This document shows positions 9,864-18,417 of a stretch of 38,876 bases of DNA, piece after piece (the first letter of the stretch is position 1; each line of letters opens with the position of its first letter). Under the pieces are notes generated by a model. It had not been told where the DNA came from and ran no database searches. It worked only from the letters and a program-made list of their open reading frames with translations. A program made the translations under genes and the position numbers. The DNA is from Promethearchaeota archaeon (GTDB taxonomy: Archaea; Asgardarchaeota; Lokiarchaeia; Sigyniarchaeales; SOKP01). The DNA lies in assembly GCA_048938025.1 (NCBI GenBank), contig JBHLMP010000035.1:1-38876 (forward strand), written 5' to 3'.

Positions 9864-9997
9864 TAAAAACAATCTTTTTTTTAATCTTTTTTTTTATCTT
9901 ATAAATTTACGAATAATATTTTGTATCAAACTTATATTGAACATTTAGAATTAATTAAAAGAAAAAGAAGAAAATAAATCTTAGGAAAAGTTTTGAA

Positions 9998-10543
9998 TTA
10001 AGCAAATCTCTGTTTTTCCTTATGTTCTTTCACTGAAATCTCTCTATCACTAAGTCTATTAAGCCTAATTAGACTGTCTGTAATAGATTTAACTTCTGCT
10101 CGAGTTTTTAGTTCAAATTCCAATAGACCTTCAAAAATCTCTTTTTCGGTAAATCCTTTATTGTAAAGTTCCAAAAATTTAGCTATTGTTTGTTCATGAT
10201 AATAAATATACTGTTTGTTTAGAAACGTGATTAACCAATTTTTCTTCTCCTGTTTTTGGGATAAATCAAACATTTTCTCTCTGATTTTATTAACTTTCTT
10301 CTTTAATTTTTTAGCAACTATAATATCTTCAACTCTATAATACTTTTTCATTATCCTTGTTAATCTGGTTTTGAAAAATAAAGCAGGAATATACGATAAA
10401 ATAAAAAAAACAATAAAAATCACAGTTATTACTATAGCAGCTACATATTCTTGATATACGGCTAGAATAATAATTATTAATACAAGAATCCAAAACCAGT
10501 GTCTCAGAATTGTCTTAAAAATAACTATATACTTTTTTGGCAT
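9998..10543 (-). CDS. Hypothetical membrane protein (2 N-terminal TM helices)
   Basis: Two hydrophobic N-terminal segments followed by a charged domain. Confidence 0.75.
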   Translation of the reverse strand: MPKKYIVIFKTILRHWFWILVLIIIILAVYQEYVAAIVITVIFIVFFILSYIPALFFKTRLTRIMKKYYRVEDIIVAKKLKKKVNKIREKMFDLSQKQEKKNWLITFLNKQYIYYHEQTIAKFLELYNKGFTEKEIFEGLLEFELKTRAEVKSITDSLIRLNRLSDREISVKEHKEKQRFA

Positions 10544-10622
10544 GAAAAATATCTAAAAAAGAATAATTCTGTAATATATATTGATATAATAAATGATTTA
10601 AAAAAATTGTTTTTAGTTATTT

Positions 10623-10645
10623 AAAAAAAAGAGATATCTTAAAAA
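10623..10645 (-). terminator. Oligo(U) terminator of the 5S precursor
   Basis: T5 and T8 tracts on the minus strand immediately after the 3' arm of the processing stem. Confidence 0.55.
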
Positions 10646-10661
10646 CCACATAAACAAGCGT

Positions 10662-10812
10662 TTCCGGGTTCCCGAACCACCTCGAAAACAGTTGGTTTTT
10701 CGGATGGGACCGGGTATTTTCCTCGAGTACCATGACCGTGAGCGAACTCACAATTTGCCATTTCCCACTGATCGCAACAGCAGTACTATTGGACAACGTA
10801 AACGAGTTTAAC
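10662..10812 (-). rRNA. rrf: 5S rRNA gene, circularly permuted (3' half 10812-10747, UUCG linker 10746-10743, 5' half 10742-10662 with a 28-nt insert)
   Basis: The reordered sequence folds as 5S: helix I CUCACGGU/AUUGUGAG, helix II GUA..CGAG/CUCG..UAC, helix III CCGG/CCGG with CCCAU..GAA loop C, conserved CCGGAAGUUAA, loop E AGUA/GAA, helix IV CUGCUG/CAGUGG. Length is 119 nt after removing the linker and insert. Confidence 0.88.
10670..10697 (-). other. Candidate 28-nt BHB/BHL intron in 5S loop C
   Basis: Central helix CCGA/UCGG, bulges AAA and GAA, inner helix ACCA/UGGU. Confidence 0.6.
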
Positions 10813-10863
10813 TTCCGGCGCTTAGCTAGCAGCTGATTATGTGGTATTAAAGTATACTAACCA

Positions 10864-10871
10864 TTTTATAA
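10864..10871 (-). promoter_or_regulatory. TATA box for the 5S precursor
   Basis: TTATAAAA on the minus strand, roughly 20-25 nt upstream of the 5' arm of the processing stem (10845). The AT-rich background weakens the call. Confidence 0.5.
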
Positions 10872-10990
10872 GTACGGTTATTTTATTAAAAAATACCTTC
10901 CTATATGGTTATAAGTAAATGAAATAATAAAGACTAGTAATTAAATTTTTTCATAATAAAAGATTAACTTTAAAAGGAATAAATTGAGAG

Positions 10991-11560
10991 GTGTTTGTAA
11001 AGGTGATATTTCAACTGATAATGCAAGATGCACCTTGGTATCAGTATTTAGTAAATATTTTTATTGTAATTATTGGAAGGTTACTTGACATACTTAGTAC
11101 GAGATATGTATCAAAAGAACTTAAACTGGAGACAAATAAATTAGCAAGGCGAATAGGGTGGCGAGGTGTGATAATAATGCAAATTCCTATCATTGTTTTA
11201 GGAGCTCTGGATATTTATCTAGCATTTTTTATCTTTATATGGTCTCTTTTTTTATTTGCTAATAATATTTTGGGAAGCTGGAATACTAAGCAAGTTGGTG
11301 AGGAGCAATATTATGAAGATCTTAAATTACAGTTAAAACAAACTAAGAGATGGCAAATTATTCTAAGCGAAATATCATATCTTTTAACATTTACAGTAAC
11401 AGGGATTTTTATTATCGTGTTCTTATTTGTTTTTAATAATTTCATAGCAATTATCTTCATATCATTAGCGTTAATCTGTCAAGGTCTGCTAACTAGCGTT
11501 AGATCCATGAAATACTTATTTGATTTAAAGAAAGAATCTCAAAAAAATAATGAAAATTAA
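10991..11560 (+). CDS. Hypothetical multi-pass membrane protein
   Basis: Several hydrophobic segments; LDILST...ETN motif. Start may be the ATG at 11021. Confidence 0.75.
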   Translation: MFVKVIFQLIMQDAPWYQYLVNIFIVIIGRLLDILSTRYVSKELKLETNKLARRIGWRGVIIMQIPIIVLGALDIYLAFFIFIWSLFLFANNILGSWNTKQVGEEQYYEDLKLQLKQTKRWQIILSEISYLLTFTVTGIFIIVFLFVFNNFIAIIFISLALICQGLLTSVRSMKYLFDLKKESQKNNEN

Positions 11561-11567
11561 ATTTAGG

Positions 11568-13715
11568 TTAATTTAAACGTTCTATTCGGTCTAAAATACG
11601 TGTATATTTTTTAATCCCATAAACTACAAAAATTACGGAAATTGCTACTATACTTATCATTATAATCAAAGCAATATTTAGCATATAGTTTATTATTGAT
11701 TTAGGAATTTGAAATGTATAAGATTCATTGTAAAAAACATTGGTATTATTAGCATAATCTCGAGCAACGATCATATACGAATAATTACCTGGTTCTAATT
11801 TGTCAATAATAAATTCAAAATTCCTCTCATCTTCTTGAATACTATTCGATAGTCTATAAGATGTAAAATTGTTAAACTGATCCTTAGAAATTAATAAATA
11901 TACACTTTCAATCCCTGATTGATTATCATAAATTTCTATATTGAAACACATCTTATCTGAAACTGAAGGATTTTCTGGAACATACTCTAATCGAGAAAAT
12001 TCAGGTTTATTATCATCTGAAAGCGTAGTAAAGTTAAAGTAAGATGGAATTAAATTGTGCCCTGTAATAGTTACATTGTATGTTTCATTAACTTGTGCCG
12101 GGACACGCAACTTTGCGATACCCTCTTTATTAGCATATGAAGTATAATATTTTCCGTCAGTAGTTCTAAAATGAACTCTCGCATATGGAATTATATTATT
12201 AGAAATGTCTCTAATTTCAATAGAAACTAATTGACCTTCATAAATATTTTGATTAAAGGGATTACCTGCTTTTTTTGGCTTATTAGTGTAGATATCAACC
12301 TCAGGATCCCCTAAAAGACAATAAGTTAATAAATTTTTACGCTCGAAATCATAATAAGTTGCCCCATCTCCTCTTTTATAGTAATCACTATTTATATATG
12401 AAACTTTAGAATCATATAATGCCCTGCCTTGCTGAAACTTTTTTTCTTCAAAAAATTCCTTCCAAAATAACTTGGCATTTCCGCGGTTTAATTTTTCAAA
12501 GTTATAATCATCTTCATAATACCAACTTACTCTAAGTGCTCCAATAAATCCAATTGCACCAGCGCTCAATTGCTTTATTAGAGTTTCTCCAATATTATTA
12601 TCACTATGATCATAACAGGAGGTAGAACAAGCATCTATATAAACTAATGAAGGCATATTAATATTAGAACTTGAACTAGCATCAGCAGACGTATATCCTG
12701 CGGTACTCGGATTACGATAATAAGCTGTTGGGGCTCCATGTCCGGCCATAATGACTGTTGAATAACCATTATTGAACTGATTCCTGAGTTCTATACGTGT
12801 AAGATTTCCTGCTTCTTCTACTAAATGAGTAGAATTCATCTCTAAATTCACATAATTTTGTATAATATAACTTGTTAACCAGCTTTCATATTCTCCATCA
12901 GTTCCATAAACGTGATATTGGGAGATACCTCCTGCTAATAACATTCTATTCATCCAATCATCTAGATAAGGATCCATTTCATATTTTAAAGTCTTATTTA
13001 CCATTATCTCAAGTTCTTCAGCAGTATCAGCAGGAAATCTACCAACATATACCTCTGGAACCCATGAAATTTCATCATACCAATATAAATTATCTTGTGG
13101 AGCTTCCCCCCATCTTGAATCTTCATCACTATTCCAAGTACATAGAAGATCCAAATCACCTGTGAGATCTGCATAATAATAATCTGTAGGTTTGTAATAA
13201 TTATCCATTCCTGAAGCTTCGCTTCCACCATATCTTACAACATCAGGGTTATATACTTCTCTTATAGGAATTAAATCATTTTGAGCATCCCCAGCTAAAA
13301 GAACCCAGCGAATATTTTCTTCATCATAATATGATTTTATCATATTTCGAATCTTTTCGGGGTCATCTCTGCCAGGATAATCCGAAAAATTGCTCAAAAT
13401 TATTGTTTTAACTCCTTTTTCATTTTTCCAATCCGCTAAAGGTTTTAAAGTATCAATAAAATCAGTGTTGTTTGGTGCTATAATTAACATCTCAATTTTT
13501 GGATAATACCAATCATTTTCCAATGATGAATAATCAATTTCAGGTAAAAATGATAAATCAATTTCAGGATTACTGCTATAAAGATTCAGTTCTTCTGAAA
13601 TATAAGAATTATTATAAACAGCAAAGTATTGACTACAACTAAGAAAAATCGATGGAAACAATAAGAATAGAATAATAAATAAATATACAAATTTTTTAGG
13701 AGAAGACCTTAGCAT
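11568..13715 (-). CDS. Peptidase C25 (gingipain family), secreted and C-terminally membrane anchored
   Basis: LADWKNEKG, VLLAGD, PTDYYYADL, VGRFP, catalytic AGHG and DACS, LLGDP; N-terminal signal-like segment and C-terminal TM helix. Confidence 0.9.
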   Translation of the reverse strand: MLRSSPKKFVYLFIILFLLFPSIFLSCSQYFAVYNNSYISEELNLYSSNPEIDLSFLPEIDYSSLENDWYYPKIEMLIIAPNNTDFIDTLKPLADWKNEKGVKTIILSNFSDYPGRDDPEKIRNMIKSYYDEENIRWVLLAGDAQNDLIPIREVYNPDVVRYGGSEASGMDNYYKPTDYYYADLTGDLDLLCTWNSDEDSRWGEAPQDNLYWYDEISWVPEVYVGRFPADTAEELEIMVNKTLKYEMDPYLDDWMNRMLLAGGISQYHVYGTDGEYESWLTSYIIQNYVNLEMNSTHLVEEAGNLTRIELRNQFNNGYSTVIMAGHGAPTAYYRNPSTAGYTSADASSSSNINMPSLVYIDACSTSCYDHSDNNIGETLIKQLSAGAIGFIGALRVSWYYEDDYNFEKLNRGNAKLFWKEFFEEKKFQQGRALYDSKVSYINSDYYKRGDGATYYDFERKNLLTYCLLGDPEVDIYTNKPKKAGNPFNQNIYEGQLVSIEIRDISNNIIPYARVHFRTTDGKYYTSYANKEGIAKLRVPAQVNETYNVTITGHNLIPSYFNFTTLSDDNKPEFSRLEYVPENPSVSDKMCFNIEIYDNQSGIESVYLLISKDQFNNFTSYRLSNSIQEDERNFEFIIDKLEPGNYSYMIVARDYANNTNVFYNESYTFQIPKSIINYMLNIALIIMISIVAISVIFVVYGIKKYTRILDRIERLN

Positions 13716-13817
13716 GTTTTATCAAAACTAAAGAATTAATAATCATTTATTTATTATTAGTAATAGAAATGTATTAATAAGAATATATTGATTTTAAAAA
13801 AAAGAAACGATTAATGA

Positions 13818-14045
13818 ATGCCGATTAGATTTAATTATTGTCCCCATTGTAAAGGAAAAATCATGTTTAAAATAGAGTTAGAAGATATTGATACAAGTCA
13901 ATATCCTGCTCCAGTTTATATTATTCACAAAGATAAATCTTGTGGTAAATTATCAACTTTCTATGTTGATAGTTTACTAAGAATTTCATATAAAGAACTT
14001 GAAAAAAAACCTGGTGGTATTAAAACTATCGGGACAATAATATAG
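13818..14045 (+). CDS. Small putative zinc-binding protein
   Basis: CPHC...H.x4.C pattern in a 75-aa ORF. Confidence 0.7.
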   Translation: MPIRFNYCPHCKGKIMFKIELEDIDTSQYPAPVYIIHKDKSCGKLSTFYVDSLLRISYKELEKKPGGIKTIGTII

Positions 14046-14202
14046 TCCATCTAATAACCAATTATATAATTTATTATTTCAAATTCCTAATCCATTAGAA
14101 GATTTAAAAGAATTTCTCATCAACTTCTTAAAAGGTTTTAATGGTCTATGCTACAATATCTTCCGATTTGGAAACCTAATACTTTTTTTCATTTTTTTAT
14201 TT

Positions 14203-14412
14203 ATGCGACTTAATCTATTAGTTAATGAAAAGTGTATTGAAAATCATGAAAAAATTTATGCTAAAAATATTGAATATGTTAAAACGGAAGGTAAAAAAAG
14301 AAAATGGCAAAACCTATTAAAAGAAAAATCTCTTCCAAAATTAACTAAAGAGTATGGTGTAGGTAGAAATACAATCAAGTGATTATGTGATGAGTGGGAG
14401 GTTGATATCTAA
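14203..14412 (+). pseudogene. Degenerate helix-turn-helix protein fragment with in-frame TGA
   Basis: Hand translation ...KEKSLPKLTKEYGVGRNTIK*LCDEWEVDI*; the HTH-like pattern continues across the TGA at 14380-14382. Confidence 0.45.
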
Positions 14413-14543
14413 TCTAATAAGAAATAGAAAATTAAATTCTATTAGGTTAATTTAATTAGCTTTTTATTTCATCCTAATATGTATTTAAAACATATTATCT
14501 AAAATTCGTAAAAAATATTTATAATTGAGAATGATAAATCATA

Positions 14544-16117
14544 ATGGTTTATAATTTAGAAGATATAAAAGGCATTGGTAATGAAACAGCAGAGAGATTA
14601 AGATCAGCAGGTATTAATTCAATTGAAAAGCTAGCTGAATTATCACCTAAAGAATTATTAGGATTAAAAATAAAAGGTATCGGAAAAGCAACGGCATCTA
14701 AATATATTGAAAATGCTAAAAACTTACTTGAAACCGAAAGTGTAAAAGTAAAAGAAGAACTCCCAAAAGTTGAAATACAAGCTATAGCATCAATTAAAGT
14801 GCCAGCTAAAAAAGGACCTAATCTTAAAGAGCTAATTGCACAACAAGCGGAATGTAATATTGGGCTCGTAGGTCATGTAGATCATGGAATGATTCTGCCA
14901 TTTAGCCAATTCCCATAAAAACTACATTAGTTCAGGCACTTACAGGAGATTGGACAGATAGGCATTCAGAGGAGCAAGAACGTGGTATTTCTATAAAATT
15001 AGGTTATGCGAATGCAACAATTCTTTACTGTCCTACGTGTGACCTATATTTTACAAAATATATGGTTGAACGAGAAAGAGTAAAGGGTCAGCCACGATTC
15101 ACATGTTTAAAATGTAAAGATCAATTAGAGTTTAAAAGAAATATTTCTTTTGTTGATGCACCGGGGCATGAAATATTAATGGCGACTATGTTAAGTGGAG
15201 CTTCTTTGATGAATGGAGCATGTTTATTAATAGCAGCAGATGAAGATTGCCCACAACCCCAAACAAGGGAACACTTAGAGGCCTTAAATATCGCCGGGAT
15301 ACAGAATATTATTATCATTCAAAATAAAATTGACGCTGTTTCAAAAGAACAAGCTTTAGAAAATTATAAACAAATCAAGGAATTTGTTAAAGGAACTATT
15401 GCTGAAAATGCTCCAATCATACCTGTCTCAGCTGTTTTTAACTCTAATATAGATCTTATTGTAAGAGCATTTGAAGAAATAATTCCTTCTCCAGAAACCA
15501 ATGAAAATGAATCATTTCAGTTTTTAATTGCAAGATCATTTGATATTAATCGTCCCGGAAAAGAAATTCAAGATTTAAAAGGAGGAGTAATAGGCGGTTC
15601 TGTATTAAAAGGAAAAGTAAATATTGGGGATCGAATAGAGATACGCCCTGGTATTCACATAAAAAATAATTATATGCCGATACAATCAACTATCGTAAGT
15701 ATAAGTCAAGGGAATAATAATTTTGAGAATGCTAAACCTGGCGGTTTAATAGGATTAGGAACTAAATTGGACCCATCCTTAACTAAAGGAGATCATCTAA
15801 TAGGGCAATTAGTTGGAAAACCAGGAACATTACCGGAAATTCTTACTGAAGTGGAATTGAAAGTTAATCTACTTGAACGTGTAATCGGTACTGAGATGCA
15901 AATCAAAGTTACTGAACTTAAACATAACGAAAAATTGTTATTAGTTATTGGAACCGAAAAAACAGCTGGAACAGTTACTAAAATTTTAAAAAATTCGTTT
16001 ATCCTTAAATTAAATCCTCCTATTTGTATCCCAGAAAATTTTATATTTGTTATATCCAGAATAATAAATAGACGTTATAGATTAATTGGATATGGTGAAA
16101 TCTTTAATCAAAACTAA
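14544..16117 (+). CDS. eif2g: Translation initiation factor aIF2 gamma with N-terminal HhH domain; join(14544..14889,14919..16117), 514 aa
   Basis: NIGLVGHVDHG / KTTLVQALTGDWTDRHSEEQERGISIKLGY, DAPGHE, QPQTREH, NKID, RSFDINRPG and GGLIG motifs; the reading frame is interrupted by a 29-nt insert in the P-loop. Confidence 0.93.
14890..14918 (+). other. Candidate BHB mRNA intron (29 nt) in eif2g
   Basis: Central helix AUGG (14884-87)/CCAU (14913-16), bulges AAU and AAA. Cutting after the second bulge nucleotide gives CAT GGA AAA ACT ACA = H G K T T in frame. Confidence 0.85.
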
Positions 16118-16154
16118 GAGAATATCAATAAATAAAAAAAGATCAACTAATTTA

Positions 16155-16481
16155 TTAAGAATAAGAAAGAAAAATTTCACGGATTTTTCCCTTGATTAAA
16201 GAGATTGATGGATCTACATTTTGAAATACATTTTTCAAAGTATGAATGACTTCCTTATCGCTATCAGAATTTTTGGATTTTGAGATTAATTGTTTAGTTT
16301 CATATAGTATCAGACTATCTTCAACTTTAGCAAGAAAGTGCAGAACAATTTCTATATTAGTTATACTGGATAAATCTGATTGACTTTTAATTTCTTTAAA
16401 TTCATAAAATATCTCATTCATAACTCGTTTTTCTAGAAAACGCACAAAATCTTCAATATTATCACAGAAGATAACTATCAA
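16155..16481 (-). CDS. Hypothetical protein
   Basis: 108-aa ORF directly downstream of 16488..18167. Confidence 0.7.
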   Translation of the reverse strand: MIVIFCDNIEDFVRFLEKRVMNEIFYEFKEIKSQSDLSSITNIEIVLHFLAKVEDSLILYETKQLISKSKNSDSDKEVIHTLKNVFQNVDPSISLIKGKIREIFLSYS

Positions 16482-16487
16482 GTTACT

Positions 16488-18167
16488 TTATCGCGATTTT
16501 TTGTTTTTAACATAGACTATTATTCCTATTATTAAAAAAGATCCATTTATTGAACCAAATATCAATATCCAAATAGGAATGTGCATTATATTAGTATAAA
16601 TATAATTGATTTCATTATAAGTACTAACATTAGTCCTAATTATTAAATTTCCATGTTGGTAAACCTCAACCGTATAATTCCCTTTTGGAACATTATTTAA
16701 TGAAACCGCTCCATTTTCATTGGTTTTCAAAGGTGCAATTGGTTGAGTTCGGTTATTGGATATATAAGTTCCATAATTTAAATCATAGTAGTAAATACGC
16801 AATTTTAAGCCCATAATAGGCATCTTAATATTGTCAGTTACTATTATTCTTAACTTATCTACAGCAACATAATTAACACTAAATGGACATGTTTCCCCCA
16901 CTAGCATATATGGCAATTCTACTTTTACCCTTATACCACCATTATCTGTAATATTTTCATCAAAATATGACATTCCCCTTTCAAATAGAGAATTAATACT
17001 TAAGATATTTTCGGATGATGTAGCGGGTTCATATATAGATACATGGCTTAAATAAATATGTCTAGGTCCAGAGATTGGTGATGGAAAATAAATACTTTCC
17101 CGAATATTTCTTAGAGCTACTAGTCTATCAATAGCCCATGTTTTAGAAACGGGATCAATAAACCTTAAGATATAATTAGCAGTGAAATTTAGAAAAAACT
17201 TACTTTCATTTGCAGAAAAGGAATCTGACAAAGTTATATTTATAGATTTATCAAAATTTAGATGATCCTCTATAGCAACGGTTTCGTTATTTATTAAAAG
17301 GCTATGGTTATCTAATAAATCTCTGTCAGGAAGAAAAACAGTCAAGGCAACATCTACATTTTCGCTAGGTATCTTTTGATTAGTGTCTGCTTGAAACATT
17401 TGTCCAGTTAACGTAAATTCATAATTGAATTTAGCTGTAAAGTTCTGTTCTGCCTTTATCATATTTAAATCATCTGGATATTGATTTAGGTTCCAAGGAT
17501 CTATTGTTAAATCATATTCCCAAATAAGGTACATCGTAAAATTGAAAGTAGGGTCCTCATTTTTAAAATAATCCTTATAATCGAAAACTAAGAAATCACG
17601 TCCATCAATATAATAGTCATCGTCCAGACTCAATTCTAAAATATCTGTGCCATTAAAAACATAAAAATCAGTTAAATAACATGGATACAAACGAGGACGA
17701 TAAATTAAAAATCCTTCATTTGGATTATCATACCATACTTTTAGGGTTTCATTTAACTTTACCTTTATTTCATTTCTATCTGATAGATCACTATTTAAAT
17801 TGTCAATTCTAGCAGATTCATTTGTTTCAATAAATTTAATCTCTTTGGAAGTAATATTCAATGCACCTGAATCATAATCATACCACAGAAGGGGGTAACT
17901 AGCATTATAAATATAGTGTCCAATCTCTAGCCCACTAAAAGTCATATCATAGATCGTTATATTTCCCAGTCCATGTTTTTTTTCTTCAATTATAGGGCTA
18001 TAATCCTCTTTAGAGAAATCATTATTTTTTAGATTATCTTGATTATCATAAATATTAGAATTGGTAAAATTGATTGAAAAGAATGGAACTAAAGTACTAA
18101 AAATTAGTAATACAAATAAGAAGAATATTAAATTTTTAACTTTTTTATTCCCTTTATTATTAACCAT
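16488..18167 (-). CDS. Secreted, membrane-anchored surface protein with C-terminal carboxypeptidase-regulatory-like beta-sandwich
   Basis: N-terminal signal/TM segment, many N-x-S/T sequons, TNENG.V.LNNVPKGNYTVEV motif, C-terminal TM helix with basic tail. Confidence 0.7.
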   Translation of the reverse strand: MVNNKGNKKVKNLIFFLFVLLIFSTLVPFFSINFTNSNIYDNQDNLKNNDFSKEDYSPIIEEKKHGLGNITIYDMTFSGLEIGHYIYNASYPLLWYDYDSGALNITSKEIKFIETNESARIDNLNSDLSDRNEIKVKLNETLKVWYDNPNEGFLIYRPRLYPCYLTDFYVFNGTDILELSLDDDYYIDGRDFLVFDYKDYFKNEDPTFNFTMYLIWEYDLTIDPWNLNQYPDDLNMIKAEQNFTAKFNYEFTLTGQMFQADTNQKIPSENVDVALTVFLPDRDLLDNHSLLINNETVAIEDHLNFDKSINITLSDSFSANESKFFLNFTANYILRFIDPVSKTWAIDRLVALRNIRESIYFPSPISGPRHIYLSHVSIYEPATSSENILSINSLFERGMSYFDENITDNGGIRVKVELPYMLVGETCPFSVNYVAVDKLRIIVTDNIKMPIMGLKLRIYYYDLNYGTYISNNRTQPIAPLKTNENGAVSLNNVPKGNYTVEVYQHGNLIIRTNVSTYNEINYIYTNIMHIPIWILIFGSINGSFLIIGIIVYVKNKKSR

Positions 18168-18417
18168 ATTTAACCATATACTTTCAAACTAATTAGCACA
18201 AAAAATTAAATTAATTTAAATAATTTTTCCTAAGATTTTAATTTTTATCTTAATTTCCCTCTAAATCTAAGTATATATAATCATTAATTTTATTTAGAAG
18301 TAATATAAATTTTCACTAAGGCTTGAGGTATAATAACTAAAATTTTAAATTAATTATTAAATTATATTTCAGTTTAATAATATAGTGGTTTTGAATTTTT
18401 AATGTAAAATGATCTAA

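Larger units (their letters stand above)
10645..10845 (-). repeat. Inverted repeats forming the processing stem of the 5S precursor
   Basis: + strand accacataa (10645-10653) is complementary to ttatgtggt (10837-10845); aagcg (10656-10660) is complementary to cgctt (10819-10823). Confidence 0.85.

Noticed and set aside
10645-10845. GC-rich island read as tRNA, SRP RNA or a scrambled 5S pseudogene
   Set aside because: No cloverleaf or SRP motifs; all 5S helices remain paired, and dedicated flanking stems, a TATA box and a T-tract are present.
14380-14382. In-frame TGA as selenocysteine
   Set aside because: It lies at an HTH position with no expected Cys, and no SECIS-like element was recognised; a nonsense mutation is simpler.
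14544-16117. eif2g as a pseudogene, sequencing frameshift or programmed frameshift
   Set aside because: The defect is a discrete 29-nt structured insert; both flanks are fully intact and BHB rules restore the frame exactly.
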